Part shown: piece after piece, positions 8,832 through 18,249 of the stretch | Numbering within the stretch: position 1 is the stretch's first letter | Layout: each line of letters begins with the position of its first letter | Assembly: GCA_027064305.1 (NCBI GenBank) | Contig: JAMOPY010000028.1 | Location: forward strand, 1 to 35,682 | Source of the DNA: Methanobacteriota archaeon | Lineage (GTDB): Archaea; JAADCQ01; Methanopyri; Methanopyrales; Methanopyraceae | Length of the DNA: 35,682 nt | Direction of reading: 5' to 3' | Notes under the pieces: model-generated | Database searches by the model: none | What the model saw: the letters and a program-made list of their open reading frames with translations, nothing else | Told to the model about the DNA's origin: nothing | Position numbers and translations under genes: made by a program

Positions 8832-11171
8832 TCAGTCCGAGATGATCTCGACGAACTCCTTCAGCTTCTCGCGCACCTTCTCCTTGTCCCTTGGGTTCAC
8901 CTGCACCATGCCGCCGTGGAACTCCTCGGTGATCCGCTTGAAGATGGTCGGCCCCGTGTGCTCGAACTCGTCCTTGATCAGCAGCGCGTACAGCTCGATG
9001 TCGTCCCGGTCGCTCAGCATGCTGCGGATCTTGATGAAGTCCTCGTGCATGAAGATCGCGTCCGTGATGTAGACGATCTTGCACTTGTCGTAGTCGACGT
9101 TCTCGAGCGACTCCAGGACCTTCGCCAGCGGCTTGACCGGGTCCGTGCCGCCGCCCGCCGGGATTCCCAGGATCTTCTCCACCAGCTTCCGCCGGTTGAC
9201 CACCTCCTCGAAGTCCTTCAGCTGATGCACCTCGGACCGGAAGGCCCACAGCCCGATGTTCTCCATCCCCACGGTCTCGAACAGGGCGGCGGCGAGCGTC
9301 GCCGCCACCTCCATCTTGTCCCCGCTCATCGAGCCGCTCGAGTCCAGGAGGATCGCCACCTTGGGCTCGTCCTTGTTCCGGAACCGCCGCTTGTAGAGCG
9401 TCAGCGGCACGTTCTTGAAGTAGCCCTCCTCCAGGCTCCGCTCCCAGTCGATGTCCGACAGGAAGTCCGACTTGTCGAACCCGTGCAGCCAGCCGAAGTG
9501 CGCCTTCGCCTCCCCGTCCTCCAGCTCCTCGAACTCCCGGGAGATCTCGTGCCCCTCGTCCAGGATCCGCAGCGAGTCGCTCTGCAGGATCTTGAGGAAC
9601 TTCTTGCGCTCCGGGAACGAGCGGTCCACGACGAACGCCGGGTCCGAGCCCTTGCCCACCCCGGAGATCCCGCCGGACGGGGCGGGCGCCGCGTCACCCT
9701 GACCCTCCGACTCGCCCTCCTCCGACTCGCCCGCCACGGGCGGGGTCTCGGCGGCCATGCCCTCCGGACTCTCGGCGGCGGCCCCCTCACCCTCTCCTTC
9801 TCCCTCCTCCTCGCCGCGCTCCGGCGCCCGCTCCGCGAGCTCTCGGAGCCGCTCCTCCAGCTCCTTGGGCACGTAGTACCCCTGATCCTTGGCCCGCTCC
9901 AGCTCCTCCAGGTTTCGCCGGACGACCTCCCGACCCACCCGCTCGGCCCAGTCCTCCAGCTCCCGCATCGTGGGCTTGAGCAGGTTCTCCACCTGGCGCT
10001 TGAACCGGTCCTCGTCGATCTGCGGCAGGTTCTTCACCATCTCGTTGGCCTGAACGACGGAGAGGAGCGGGTTCCGGAACTTGCCCCGGCGCTCCACGCC
10101 CTCGATCACGAACTGGGCCTGCTCGAGCGAGCCGGTGTAGTCCGAGGGGTCGTTACCGGTCTTCTCCTCCACGTGGTTCGGGTCCATGGGGGCGCCGCGC
10201 CGGTAAGCCTCGAACGGGTCCGAGCTCGGGCCGTGCTCCCGCAGCTGCCGCTCGAGGGCGCGCTCGAACGTCTGGGCGGCGCGCTCCCACCGGTCGTTCG
10301 CCGAGGCGACCGCCTTCGCGATCTTGCGGGCGCGCTCGAGCGCCTCCTCGACCCCGACCTGCTCCGCCAGCCGGTTGAGCCGGTGCGCGAGCTCGGAGAG
10401 CAGCTTCCGGGCCTGCTTGTTGAACGCGTCGTCGGAGAAGGCCCGCTCCAGCTCCTCCTGATCGACCGAGTGCGAGTGGGAGGCCTGGGGCGAGGTCATC
10501 GCCTCGATCTTGTGCTTGAGCGGCGAGTTCAACCGGTTAAGCACGTCCAGCCGGCCCTGCTCGGAGAGCTTGTCCATGATGCTGCGAGGCACGTGCTGCT
10601 GGAGCAGGCTGCCGATCATCTGCTCGTCCGTGATGTTCTCGAGCATCCGCTTCTTCTCGGGCCCGAAGATGGCCGTCTTGAGCATGTCCATGATGGCCTC
10701 GTCGGAGAGCTGGGACCCGAAGGCCTCCAGCACCCGCTCCACGTCCTCCCGGTCGGGCGGCTCCAGCGCCTCCTCCTCCGCCTCTTCCTCCTCCAGCAGC
10801 GACTCGAACTCGTCCCGGACGTTCTCGTTGGCGTGCGCGGCGAACTTCTTGAGGGACTCAACCGCCCGCTCGTCCACCGTCTCCTTGGACAGGATCCGCG
10901 AGAGCTCCTCGGCCACGATCGCCCGGGCGACCATCACCTTCTCGTACAGGTCGAGGGGCTTCTTGTACCCGTGCCGGGCGAAGTGCCGGATGGCCAGGTC
11001 CACGAAGGTCTGGAGGTCGATCCGGTCCCCGTCCGCCAGCACGGTCAGCTTCCGGAAGAAGCCCTCGGGTAGGTCGGGGGGAGCGTGAACGTCGCCCCGC
11101 TTGCGCAGCCGGGCCATCAGCTCGCTGACGATCTCGGTCGCCTCCTCCAGCCGGATTTCGGCCCCGGTCAA
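8832..11171 (-). CDS. von Willebrand factor A (VWA) domain protein, partner of the MoxR ATPase
   Basis: C-terminal VWA with intact MIDAS (ILLDSSGSM, GGGTD, VYITDA) after an acidic E/G-rich linker and a long helical N-terminus. Confidence 0.88.
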   Translation of the reverse strand: MTGAEIRLEEATEIVSELMARLRKRGDVHAPPDLPEGFFRKLTVLADGDRIDLQTFVDLAIRHFARHGYKKPLDLYEKVMVARAIVAEELSRILSKETVDERAVESLKKFAAHANENVRDEFESLLEEEEAEEEALEPPDREDVERVLEAFGSQLSDEAIMDMLKTAIFGPEKKRMLENITDEQMIGSLLQQHVPRSIMDKLSEQGRLDVLNRLNSPLKHKIEAMTSPQASHSHSVDQEELERAFSDDAFNKQARKLLSELAHRLNRLAEQVGVEEALERARKIAKAVASANDRWERAAQTFERALERQLREHGPSSDPFEAYRRGAPMDPNHVEEKTGNDPSDYTGSLEQAQFVIEGVERRGKFRNPLLSVVQANEMVKNLPQIDEDRFKRQVENLLKPTMRELEDWAERVGREVVRRNLEELERAKDQGYYVPKELEERLRELAERAPERGEEEGEGEGEGAAAESPEGMAAETPPVAGESEEGESEGQGDAAPAPSGGISGVGKGSDPAFVVDRSFPERKKFLKILQSDSLRILDEGHEISREFEELEDGEAKAHFGWLHGFDKSDFLSDIDWERSLEEGYFKNVPLTLYKRRFRNKDEPKVAILLDSSGSMSGDKMEVAATLAAALFETVGMENIGLWAFRSEVHQLKDFEEVVNRRKLVEKILGIPAGGGTDPVKPLAKVLESLENVDYDKCKIVYITDAIFMHEDFIKIRSMLSDRDDIELYALLIKDEFEHTGPTIFKRITEEFHGGMVQVNPRDKEKVREKLKEFVEIISD

Positions 11172-11199
11172 GGCAAGGAATCACCCGTCCGGTCCGCGC

Positions 11200-12240
11200 T
11201 TACGACCGGAAGATCGGCTTGAGCTTCTCCCGGACCTTCCGCTCGAGCGCCTTACGTCGGGCCTCGAACTCTTCGGATTTTTCCGGGTCTAATAACATGT
11301 CGCCCAGGATCTTGTTGACCACGTTGCGCGTGACGGTCTCGAGGTCGTAACCCATCCGCACGCCGATGGCCACGGCCTGCGCCACGTCCTTCGCCACGTC
11401 CACGCCCTTGCCCATGTCCTTGATCATCGAGGCCAGGTCCTCGAGCACCTTCTCCACGGCCTCCGTCGTCTCGATGACCCGGCGCGCGGCGTCCTTGGCC
11501 ACCTTCTTGTAGATCTCGACGTCGTACTCGCCCCACGGGACCAGCTCCACGCGCCGCAGCAGGGCCTCGTCGAAGTTCGTCGTACCCTTACCCTCCGGGT
11601 TCAGCGCCCCGATCCGCATGATCGCGCCCGTCTCGCCGAAGTCCACCGGCGAGTGCGGGATGTAGATCACCTCGGTGTCCTTCTCGAAGATGTGGATGAG
11701 CGTGGGGATCATGTAGCCCGGGAACCGGTTCACCTCGTCGATGAAGAACAGGCAGGCCCCGTGGCGTCGAGCGTCGTTCACCACGTCCTTGAGGTAGCCA
11801 CCCACGTATATGAGCTCCTTCAGGGCCTCCACCGCCTCCTCGTAGTCCACGTCCTCCCCCGCGTACTCCTCCGCGATCTTGTCCGCGACGGGCAGGGCGG
11901 CCACGTCCACGCCTCCGATGAACTCCTGCTCGCGCGCCTCCTGGTGACCCCGCATGACGACGACCGGCACGTCGTACAGCTCGCCCATCAGCCGCACGAG
12001 CTTCGTTTTGCCCGTACCGGGCGGCCCGACGAGCAGCACGGGAGTCTGCTCGACGACCAAAGTCACGTACATGGCCGCGAAGTCCCGCTTGTGCTCGTCG
12101 TCGAAGAAGTACCCGTGCTCCTCGAAGTCCTGAATGACCCGGTACGGGTCCTTCGGCAGCCTGACGTGGTCCTCCTCGCCCTCGAACACGATCCAATCGT
12201 CCTCCACGGTCACCTTAGGCTTCATAACCACCTTGCTCAC
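11200..12240 (-). CDS. MoxR-like AAA+ ATPase
   Basis: [35 protein letters not shown]; lies directly upstream of a VWA gene. Confidence 0.88.
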   Translation of the reverse strand: MSKVVMKPKVTVEDDWIVFEGEEDHVRLPKDPYRVIQDFEEHGYFFDDEHKRDFAAMYVTLVVEQTPVLLVGPPGTGKTKLVRLMGELYDVPVVVMRGHQEAREQEFIGGVDVAALPVADKIAEEYAGEDVDYEEAVEALKELIYVGGYLKDVVNDARRHGACLFFIDEVNRFPGYMIPTLIHIFEKDTEVIYIPHSPVDFGETGAIMRIGALNPEGKGTTNFDEALLRRVELVPWGEYDVEIYKKVAKDAARRVIETTEAVEKVLEDLASMIKDMGKGVDVAKDVAQAVAIGVRMGYDLETVTRNVVNKILGDMLLDPEKSEEFEARRKALERKVREKLKPIFRS

Positions 12241-12280
12241 GGGACGGACCCCCTATCGGTGTTCACCAAAACGACGTTAG

Positions 12281-12295
12281 GGGAAACCTTAAAAT
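12281..12295. promoter_or_regulatory. TATA-like element in the 53-bp gap between moxR and ehaA
   Basis: GGGAAACCTTAAAAT; on the minus strand it reads TTTTAAGG about 50 nt upstream of the moxR GTG and its GGGGGT RBS. Confidence 0.45.
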
Positions 12296-12584
12296 GATGG
12301 CAGAGCTGGTCGGGGCCGCGGCGGGCGCGGCCGCATCCTTCACCACCGCGCTCGCGATCGGGTTGCCGCCGATCCAGCGGGAGAAACCGAGAAGGCGGTC
12401 GTGGGAGGTCTCCGCCGCGTTCCCGACCCCGGTGATCGGGGCGGGCGGGACGGTGGCGGTGTGCCGGGTGCTGGGGTGGAAGGAACTCCGGCTCGCGGTG
12501 CTGGTTGGAGTCGCGGTGGGCGTGGCCTCCGCGGCGTTCGTGGCGAACATCGAGAGGGTGTTCCCCCGACCCGAGCCGGGGTGA
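12294..12584 (+). CDS. ehaA: Energy-converting hydrogenase A membrane subunit A
   Basis: Small hydrophobic protein with KPRRRSWEVSAAFPTPVI; first gene of the operon. Confidence 0.75.
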   Translation: MMAELVGAAAGAAASFTTALAIGLPPIQREKPRRRSWEVSAAFPTPVIGAGGTVAVCRVLGWKELRLAVLVGVAVGVASAAFVANIERVFPRPEPG

Positions 12585-13099
12585 TCGCGCTGACCTGGGA
12601 GCCGGTGGTGGAGCTCGCGACGGGACTCGCGCTGGCCTGGCTGAACTTCGTGACCGTAGATATACTTATGGGACTGCCCGAGGCGCCCGGCGTCAAGGGA
12701 GCCGGGGCCATCGGGCGCGCCGTCGAGCGCCGGGGCGGTGACCTCGCCGGCGGGTACTTCATGGGCAACATCGTCTGCTCCCCGGACGCCTCCGCCGGCA
12801 CGCTGCTGGCCTCCGCGGGGTACTGGTGCCTGGGCGGGCCCCACGGGGGGCTGCTCGCCGCCCTCGCCGTGTACCTCGGCAACCGGCTCTGCGCCGACCC
12901 GGGGTACGCCGGCACGCTCGGCGCGCTCTCCGCCACGGCCCTCGTGACCCTGTACGACCGCGTGCTCGGGTTCGACCCGATCAACTTCGTGGCCGGGATG
13001 GTCCTGGCCATCACGACGATCCACGGGATCGACCACCCGATCGCCTCCCGAATCATCGGGGACATGGCGCGCCGCCTGGGTCGGGGGCCCCGGGAGTGA
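12581..13099 (+). CDS. ehaB: Eha membrane subunit B
   Basis: GTGA overlap with ehaA; GLPEAPGVKGA, GNIVCSPDASAGT, GNRLCADPGYAG. Confidence 0.78.
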   Translation: MIALTWEPVVELATGLALAWLNFVTVDILMGLPEAPGVKGAGAIGRAVERRGGDLAGGYFMGNIVCSPDASAGTLLASAGYWCLGGPHGGLLAALAVYLGNRLCADPGYAGTLGALSATALVTLYDRVLGFDPINFVAGMVLAITTIHGIDHPIASRIIGDMARRLGRGPRE

Positions 13100-13359
13100 G
13101 GCCCGCCGAGCTCGTGATGCTGGCCGTCCTGCTCTGGGTATCGCTGCGCCTGCTGGTGGCCCGGGACGTGTACGCGCAGCTGATCTACCTTAACGTCGTG
13201 GGGTTCGCCCTGGCCGGGCTGATCGCGGCCACCTGGCGCACGGACATGGGGCTGCTGGCGGCGCTCTGCTCGTTCATCTTCTCCACCCTGGAGTCCAACG
13301 CCGTGGCCTACACGATCCGCAAGGTGGAGGAAATCCGACGGGAGGGCGGGCGCCGTTGA
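13096..13359 (+). CDS. ehaC: Eha membrane subunit C
   Basis: GTGA overlap; 87-aa hydrophobic protein with LIYLNVVGF and STLESNAVA; named from operon position. Confidence 0.72.
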   Translation: MRPAELVMLAVLLWVSLRLLVARDVYAQLIYLNVVGFALAGLIAATWRTDMGLLAALCSFIFSTLESNAVAYTIRKVEEIRREGGRR

Positions 13360-13601
13360 ACGCCCTCCTGATCGCGTCGCTGTCCGCCTGCGCGATCGGG
13401 ACCGTGGCCGCGGTGCTGAGGAGGGACCCGGTGCGGAAGCTGCCGGGCCTCGCGCTGGCCAAGTCGGGGATGATCGGTGCCGTGGCCGCGGAGGGGTACC
13501 TGGACGTCGCGGCCGCGGGGGCGGCCATGGAGGCGATCGGCACGATCATGTTCTGCGTGTACCTGATCAGGATCGAGGAGGTGAGGGCCCGTGGTGAGTG
13601 A
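13356..13601 (+). CDS. ehaD: Eha membrane subunit D
   Basis: Small hydrophobic protein (RDPVRKL, YLDVA); operon position. Confidence 0.7.
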   Translation: MNALLIASLSACAIGTVAAVLRRDPVRKLPGLALAKSGMIGAVAAEGYLDVAAAGAAMEAIGTIMFCVYLIRIEEVRARGE

Positions 13602-13851
13602 GTCGGAGCTGGCCCTCTACGCGGGCTCGTTCATGGTGCTCGCGGGCGTCGCGGGCGCCGCGATCGGACCCTCCCGCTCGGACCCCGTCGTCAAGGCCCT
13701 GAACCTGGACCTGGCCTCGACCGGGATCTGCCTCATCTTCCTCGCGTTCAACCACATGCTCGCCCTCCTCACGTACATCGCCGTCGGAGCCTTCGCCACC
13801 CCCATCCTCATGAGAGCCATCCTGAGGGTGGAGGCCGGTGAGCGCGAGTGA
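13591..13851 (+). CDS. ehaE: Eha membrane subunit E
   Basis: GP..SDPVVKALNL, CLIFLAFNHMLALLT; GGAGGTGA RBS; operon position. Confidence 0.72.
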   Translation: MVSESELALYAGSFMVLAGVAGAAIGPSRSDPVVKALNLDLASTGICLIFLAFNHMLALLTYIAVGAFATPILMRAILRVEAGERE

Positions 13852-14341
13852 GGGGTTCTCCCGGCTCCTCCTCTCCGTGCGCCGGCCGGAGTCCATGGTC
13901 TCCGCCTACTGCCTCCTGCTCGCGGTCATCGCCGCCGTCGGGCTCACGCACGGGTACCACTACCACCGGAAGCAGCTCTACCCCCGGCCCGAGCCCCAGC
14001 TGCAGGTGAAGTCGGGGGACCCGCTGGCCCCGTACGATCGGGGCGGGATCCCGCTCCGGCGGCCCGGGATCGCGGTGTCCCAGTACCCGCAGTTCGAGCC
14101 GAGCCGCGGCTGGGTGACCTCGTACCTGACCCCCTTCACCCGGTGGCTGGCCCGGCACTCCCGGCACTGCGGCACGACGATCGTCTCGCACCCGGGCGGC
14201 ATCCTCGACGAGATCCTCTACTACACGCGGGGCCTGGACACGGTCCTCGAGTCCTCGATCATGTTCGTCGGGTTCGTGATCTTCTCGTGGGTCGTCCGGA
14301 TGAAGACCGTCACCGAGCGGGAGATGGGGCGGAGGGAGTAG
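13838..14341 (+). CDS. ehaF: Eha membrane subunit F
   Basis: QLYPRP, LAPYDRGGIPL, GTTIVSHPGGILDEILYYTRGLDTVLES. Confidence 0.78.
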   Translation: MSASEGFSRLLLSVRRPESMVSAYCLLLAVIAAVGLTHGYHYHRKQLYPRPEPQLQVKSGDPLAPYDRGGIPLRRPGIAVSQYPQFEPSRGWVTSYLTPFTRWLARHSRHCGTTIVSHPGGILDEILYYTRGLDTVLESSIMFVGFVIFSWVVRMKTVTEREMGRRE

Positions 14342-14342
14342 G

Positions 14343-15020
14343 TTGCAGCTGGTCCCGGCCACGGTCCCGGAGCTCACCGTCAGGATGTACCACGCGGCCG
14401 TGGCCGTGGGGCTCGCCGCGGGCCTGATCGCGACCGCGGACATCCTCGCGGACCGCAACCCGCTGAACCGCCTCACGATGACGGACGCCGTGGAGATCGG
14501 GGCCCTCGCGCTCCTGGCCTCGGTGGGCACGGACTTGGCGGAGTGCCTCATCCTGCCGGGGCTGGTCGTCGGGCTGGCGGAGCTCATGGCCACCTCGGAG
14601 GTCCTGATCGCCCGCCACTCGGACCCCCGGAGCCTGCCCCGGTTCGACCCGCTGGACATGGAGGTGCTCCGGACGGCCCCCACGGCCCTGATGATCGGGC
14701 TGGCCCTGTACGGCGTGCTCCTGACGGGGTTCACCGGCGGGGCCGTCGCGGGCACGGGGGCGGCCTTCTACCTCTTCTCCCGGGTGAACCGACCGAGGTA
14801 CGAGGAGTGGCGGGGCATGGAGTCCCTCTCCGGGCTCGGCTGGGCCCTGTGGGTGATCGGGTTCAGCCTGTTCTTCCTGCACCCGAGGTACTGGCTGCTG
14901 GCGCTGCTGCTCGCCGGCACCGGCGGCATCCTGGTGAAGGTCGGGCCGAAGCTGTCCCTCTTCGGGTACGTGATGGGCTACGACGTCCGGGTGGGGGCGG
15001 GCGATGTACCCGAGCGGTGA
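14343..15020 (+). CDS. ehaG: Eha membrane subunit G
   Basis: Polytopic protein; GTDLAECLILPGLVVGLAEL, MEVLRTAP, GFTGGAVAG. Confidence 0.75.
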   Translation: MQLVPATVPELTVRMYHAAVAVGLAAGLIATADILADRNPLNRLTMTDAVEIGALALLASVGTDLAECLILPGLVVGLAELMATSEVLIARHSDPRSLPRFDPLDMEVLRTAPTALMIGLALYGVLLTGFTGGAVAGTGAAFYLFSRVNRPRYEEWRGMESLSGLGWALWVIGFSLFFLHPRYWLLALLLAGTGGILVKVGPKLSLFGYVMGYDVRVGAGDVPER

Positions 15021-15675
15021 GGTGTTCACCGTCATCCCGCTGGGCGACATCGTCCCCTACCTCAGCACGGTGAACGCGGTGATCCTGGGCGTGCTCATCG
15101 CCGTCCTCCTGCTCCCGATCCTCAGCCGGACGGACATCTACGTGGAGGTGGACCACCGACGGCCGAAGATCAAGGCGAAGATCGTGACCCCGCGGGAGGA
15201 CCGCATCAAGGCCGCCCTCGCCCTCACCTCCACGCTCGCGTCCGTGGGCGTGGTCACGACCGGGGACGTGTTCAACTTCACCCTCTTCCTCTCCCTGCTC
15301 GGCATGTCCAACATGGGGCTGATCGGAACGACCGTCGGGGACGACTTCGCCCTCGAGTGCGCCTTCCACTACGGGCTGATGTGCCTGATCGCGAGCCTGC
15401 CCCTCTTCGGCGGCGCCGCCCTGATCCTCGCCTCCACCGGCACGCTCAGCCTCCACGAGCTGATGAAGCTCCCCCGGGGGGCCGGCGGGTGGACGCTGAC
15501 GTACGGTAAGGCCCTCCTCACGGCCGGGGTCCTCGGGGAGGCGGGCGTCGGACCCTTCTACGCGGTGAAGGTCGACTCGTTCCGCCGGATCTGGGGCCGG
15601 TACGCCTTCGTGATCCACCTGACCACGCTCCTGACCTTCTCCCGGTTCATGGAGATCCTCAGCCTCCTACCGTGA
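15004..15675 (+). CDS. ehaH: Eha membrane subunit H (antiporter-like fragment)
   Basis: TGDVFNFTLF, LPLFGGAALILASTGTLS and GVGPFYAVK resemble MrpD/NuoN-type segments. Confidence 0.78.
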   Translation: MYPSGEVFTVIPLGDIVPYLSTVNAVILGVLIAVLLLPILSRTDIYVEVDHRRPKIKAKIVTPREDRIKAALALTSTLASVGVVTTGDVFNFTLFLSLLGMSNMGLIGTTVGDDFALECAFHYGLMCLIASLPLFGGAALILASTGTLSLHELMKLPRGAGGWTLTYGKALLTAGVLGEAGVGPFYAVKVDSFRRIWGRYAFVIHLTTLLTFSRFMEILSLLP

Positions 15676-15896
15676 CGGGGGAGGACGGGGTGAGGCGCTG
15701 GCTACCCTTCCTGGCCGCCGTGGCCGCCGACGCGCTCCTGATCTGGCTCGAGTGGTGGTACCCCGGGCCGGTGAGACGGCACTACGGCGCGTTCCTCGCG
15801 CTCACGATCCTGATCTTCTCCCTCACCCTACTCGCCCTGGGCTGGGCCCTGGCGCCCCGCGGGAAGCCGGACCGAGCACCGTTCCTGGGGTACTGA
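15672..15896 (+). CDS. ehaI: Eha small membrane subunit I
   Basis: 74 aa with two hydrophobic helices; coupled between ehaH and ehaJ. Confidence 0.6.
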   Translation: MTGEDGVRRWLPFLAAVAADALLIWLEWWYPGPVRRHYGAFLALTILIFSLTLLALGWALAPRGKPDRAPFLGY

Positions 15897-15899
15897 CGG

Positions 15900-16748
15900 A
15901 TGATCGTCGTGGACACCGTGCTGGGGCTGCTGGAGGCGTTCTTCGTCGGCAGCGTGTACCTCGGGCTGCACCGGAAGGTGATCGCGCGCATCCAGCGGCG
16001 GCCGGGCCCGCCCATCATCCAGGAGTTCCTGCACACGCTCAAGTTCCTCATGAAGGAGGCCTACGCCCCCATCACCGCCGCCGGATTCCTGTACTGGCTC
16101 GTGCCCGTGTTCAACGTGATCGTCTGGTCCTCCGCCGTCACGATCTCCGCCGTCCTGGAGGGCAACCTACTCCCCTTCTTCGCCCTCTACGCGGCCTACA
16201 AGGTCCTCTCGCACGGTGCCGGCGTGTCCGCGGGCTCCACGTACACGAAGATCGGCGGCGTGCGGCACGCGATCATGCCCGCGGGCGAGCTCGCCCTCGC
16301 CTGCTCCCTCGTCTCCGCGTACTTCATCACCGGGCACGCCGACGTGGCCGGCATCCTCGCGTGGGAGCGCGCGCACGGGCCGCTGATCGAGCACGCGCCC
16401 TTCTCCGCGCTCGCGTTCTTCACCCTGCTCTGGATCGACGCCCCCTACTCCCCCCTCGACCCCTCCAAGGGCTACGACATCGTGGAGGGGTACCTGACGG
16501 AGTACCCCGGCTTCCTCCGTGGCCTCATGTGCACGGCCGAGGCCCTGAAGTTCTACTGCGAGCTCTGGATCTTCCAGGCCGTGTTCCTCGGCGTCTCGGA
16601 CCCGGCCACCCACCTGCTCGTCATGGGCGCGCTCACGATCCTCCTGGCCGTCCTGTGCGCGATCACCCCGATCCTCACCCCGTACCAGGCCGTGGGCGTC
16701 CACGTGCTCGTCGCGTCGCTGATGTTCCTGGACGCGCTGATCCGCTGA
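15900..16748 (+). CDS. ehaJ: Eha membrane subunit J (NuoH/HycD-like)
   Basis: GLHRKVIARIQRRPGPPIIQ..KFLMKE, DIVEGYLTEYPG. Confidence 0.88.
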   Translation: MIVVDTVLGLLEAFFVGSVYLGLHRKVIARIQRRPGPPIIQEFLHTLKFLMKEAYAPITAAGFLYWLVPVFNVIVWSSAVTISAVLEGNLLPFFALYAAYKVLSHGAGVSAGSTYTKIGGVRHAIMPAGELALACSLVSAYFITGHADVAGILAWERAHGPLIEHAPFSALAFFTLLWIDAPYSPLDPSKGYDIVEGYLTEYPGFLRGLMCTAEALKFYCELWIFQAVFLGVSDPATHLLVMGALTILLAVLCAITPILTPYQAVGVHVLVASLMFLDALIR

Positions 16749-16763
16749 AGGGGGCGGAGACCC

Positions 16764-17003
16764 GTGAGACCCCACCTGCTCGCGCTCACCTCCTCCCTCC
16801 TGGTGATGGTGGGGATCACGGCCGCGGAGCACTCCACCCAGTCCCGGATCGGCGCGCTGATCCTGCTGGCGGTGACCCTACTCCTCGCCACCTGCAGCCG
16901 CACGTGCGAGGCGGTCCACCGGGCCGAGGAACTCGCCGTGCCACTGGCCGTGCTGACCCTACTGCTAGCCTGCCTGCACGTGCTGCGGGTGGGGCACCTA
17001 TGA
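16764..17003 (+). CDS. ehaK: Eha small membrane subunit K
   Basis: 79-aa hydrophobic ORF between ehaJ and ehaL; named from position only. Confidence 0.55.
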   Translation: MRPHLLALTSSLLVMVGITAAEHSTQSRIGALILLAVTLLLATCSRTCEAVHRAEELAVPLAVLTLLLACLHVLRVGHL

Positions 17004-17332
17004 ACCCGGAGGACCTCGCCATCCTGGGCGCGACGGCCGCCTTCGTGGTCGGCTCACTGGTCGGCCTGGAGTACAGCTACCGGGTCTACGGGGAGATCTT
17101 CCGGGAGCGGCGCATCGACCCGATCGCCCTCCCGCTGGCCCTCCTCGGCTGGTCCACCCTGGCCGTCTCCTGGGTGAAGTGGCGACCGCTGGGGCTCCCG
17201 GCGGGCGCGTTCCTGGCCGGGTTCGTGGTGAACATGCGCCCCGGGTACGGCCGCATCGAGACAGCGCTCGGCCTGCTCCTGTTCTGCTCGATCCTCCTCG
17301 CCCACCGCGGGATGGAGGTGATCGGATGCTGA
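17000..17332 (+). CDS. ehaL: Eha membrane subunit L
   Basis: ATGA overlap at 17000; FVVGSLVGLEYSYR, MRPGYGRIE. Confidence 0.75.
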   Translation: MNPEDLAILGATAAFVVGSLVGLEYSYRVYGEIFRERRIDPIALPLALLGWSTLAVSWVKWRPLGLPAGAFLAGFVVNMRPGYGRIETALGLLLFCSILLAHRGMEVIGC

Positions 17333-17763
17333 AGCTGCTCACCCGGAGGAAGGACCTGACGGAGGAGGATCTCGAGGAACTCTACGCCGAGGACGAGGAG
17401 ACCGTGCTGCGCGTGAAGCGGTGGATCCTGCGGAGCTACGCCTACGACCGGGACATCGTCCGGCGCCTGGCCGAGCTGCTGGGAGTGGAGAAGGACCAGG
17501 TCCGGTCCGTCCTCACCCGGGCCCGCTCCTGCACGGCCCTCTACGGGCTTCACCCCGAGGTGGAGCAGCTGGAGCGCCTGGTCGAGAACCTGGACGAGAC
17601 GGCGGAGCTGCTCCTCCTGCTCGACGTCATCGGCGAGGGTGAGCTGCGGGAGGAGCTGAGGGAGGAGCTGTTGGAGCTGTACCGGGGCCGGGAGCCCGTG
17701 GAGCTCGACCGGGACCGGCTGCTCCGCGCGTTCTACTCCCTGCGGGAGCGGGGGATCGTGTAG
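17326..17763 (+). CDS. ehaM: Eha hydrophilic subunit M
   Basis: ATG 17326 after GGAGGTGA; 145-aa soluble helical protein directly before the small subunit. Confidence 0.65.
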   Translation: MLKLLTRRKDLTEEDLEELYAEDEETVLRVKRWILRSYAYDRDIVRRLAELLGVEKDQVRSVLTRARSCTALYGLHPEVEQLERLVENLDETAELLLLLDVIGEGELREELREELLELYRGREPVELDRDRLLRAFYSLRERGIV

Positions 17764-18249
17764 TTGCGCTCCCTGCTGAAGCGACTGAAGGGGTTCGTGC
17801 GCTCCCGCTCGATCCACGTCACGGTGGTGAACACGGGCGGCTGCAACGGGTGTGACATCGAGATCCTCGCCTGCTACACGTACCGGTACGACCTCGAGCA
17901 GTACGGGATCTACTACCACAACAACCCGAGGAAGAGCGACGTCCTGATCGTCACGGGCCCCGTCACGTACCAGTGGCGGGAGAAGCTGGAGCGGCTGTAC
18001 CGGAAGGTGCCGGAGCCCAAGGCCGTGGTGGCCGTGGGCGCGTGCGCCTGCTCCGGCGGGATCTTCAACCAGGAGGGCGGGCGCGTCTGCGGGCCCGTCC
18101 GGGAGATCATCCCCGTGGACGCCGAGGTGCCCGGGTGCCCCCCGCGCCCGGAGGAGATCGTGTCGGCCATCGTGGAGGTCGTCCCTCGACTCTTCCGAGC
18201 GTGGGAGTTCCGGCGGGGTAGCGAGCATGGAGCGGAGGCGGGAGGGTAG
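17764..18249 (+). CDS. ehaN: Eha [NiFe]-hydrogenase small subunit (NuoB-like)
   Basis: TGGCNGCDIE, DVLIVTGPVT, AVGACACSGG, VPGCPPRP. Confidence 0.92.
   Translation: MRSLLKRLKGFVRSRSIHVTVVNTGGCNGCDIEILACYTYRYDLEQYGIYYHNNPRKSDVLIVTGPVTYQWREKLERLYRKVPEPKAVVAVGACACSGGIFNQEGGRVCGPVREIIPVDAEVPGCPPRPEEIVSAIVEVVPRLFRAWEFRRGSEHGAEAGG

Noticed and set aside
15752-16999. 526-aa ORF apparently extending ehaL upstream
   Set aside because: Alternative-frame read-through over ehaI-ehaK with a Pro/Arg-rich translation; ehaL starts at the ATGA overlap at 17000.
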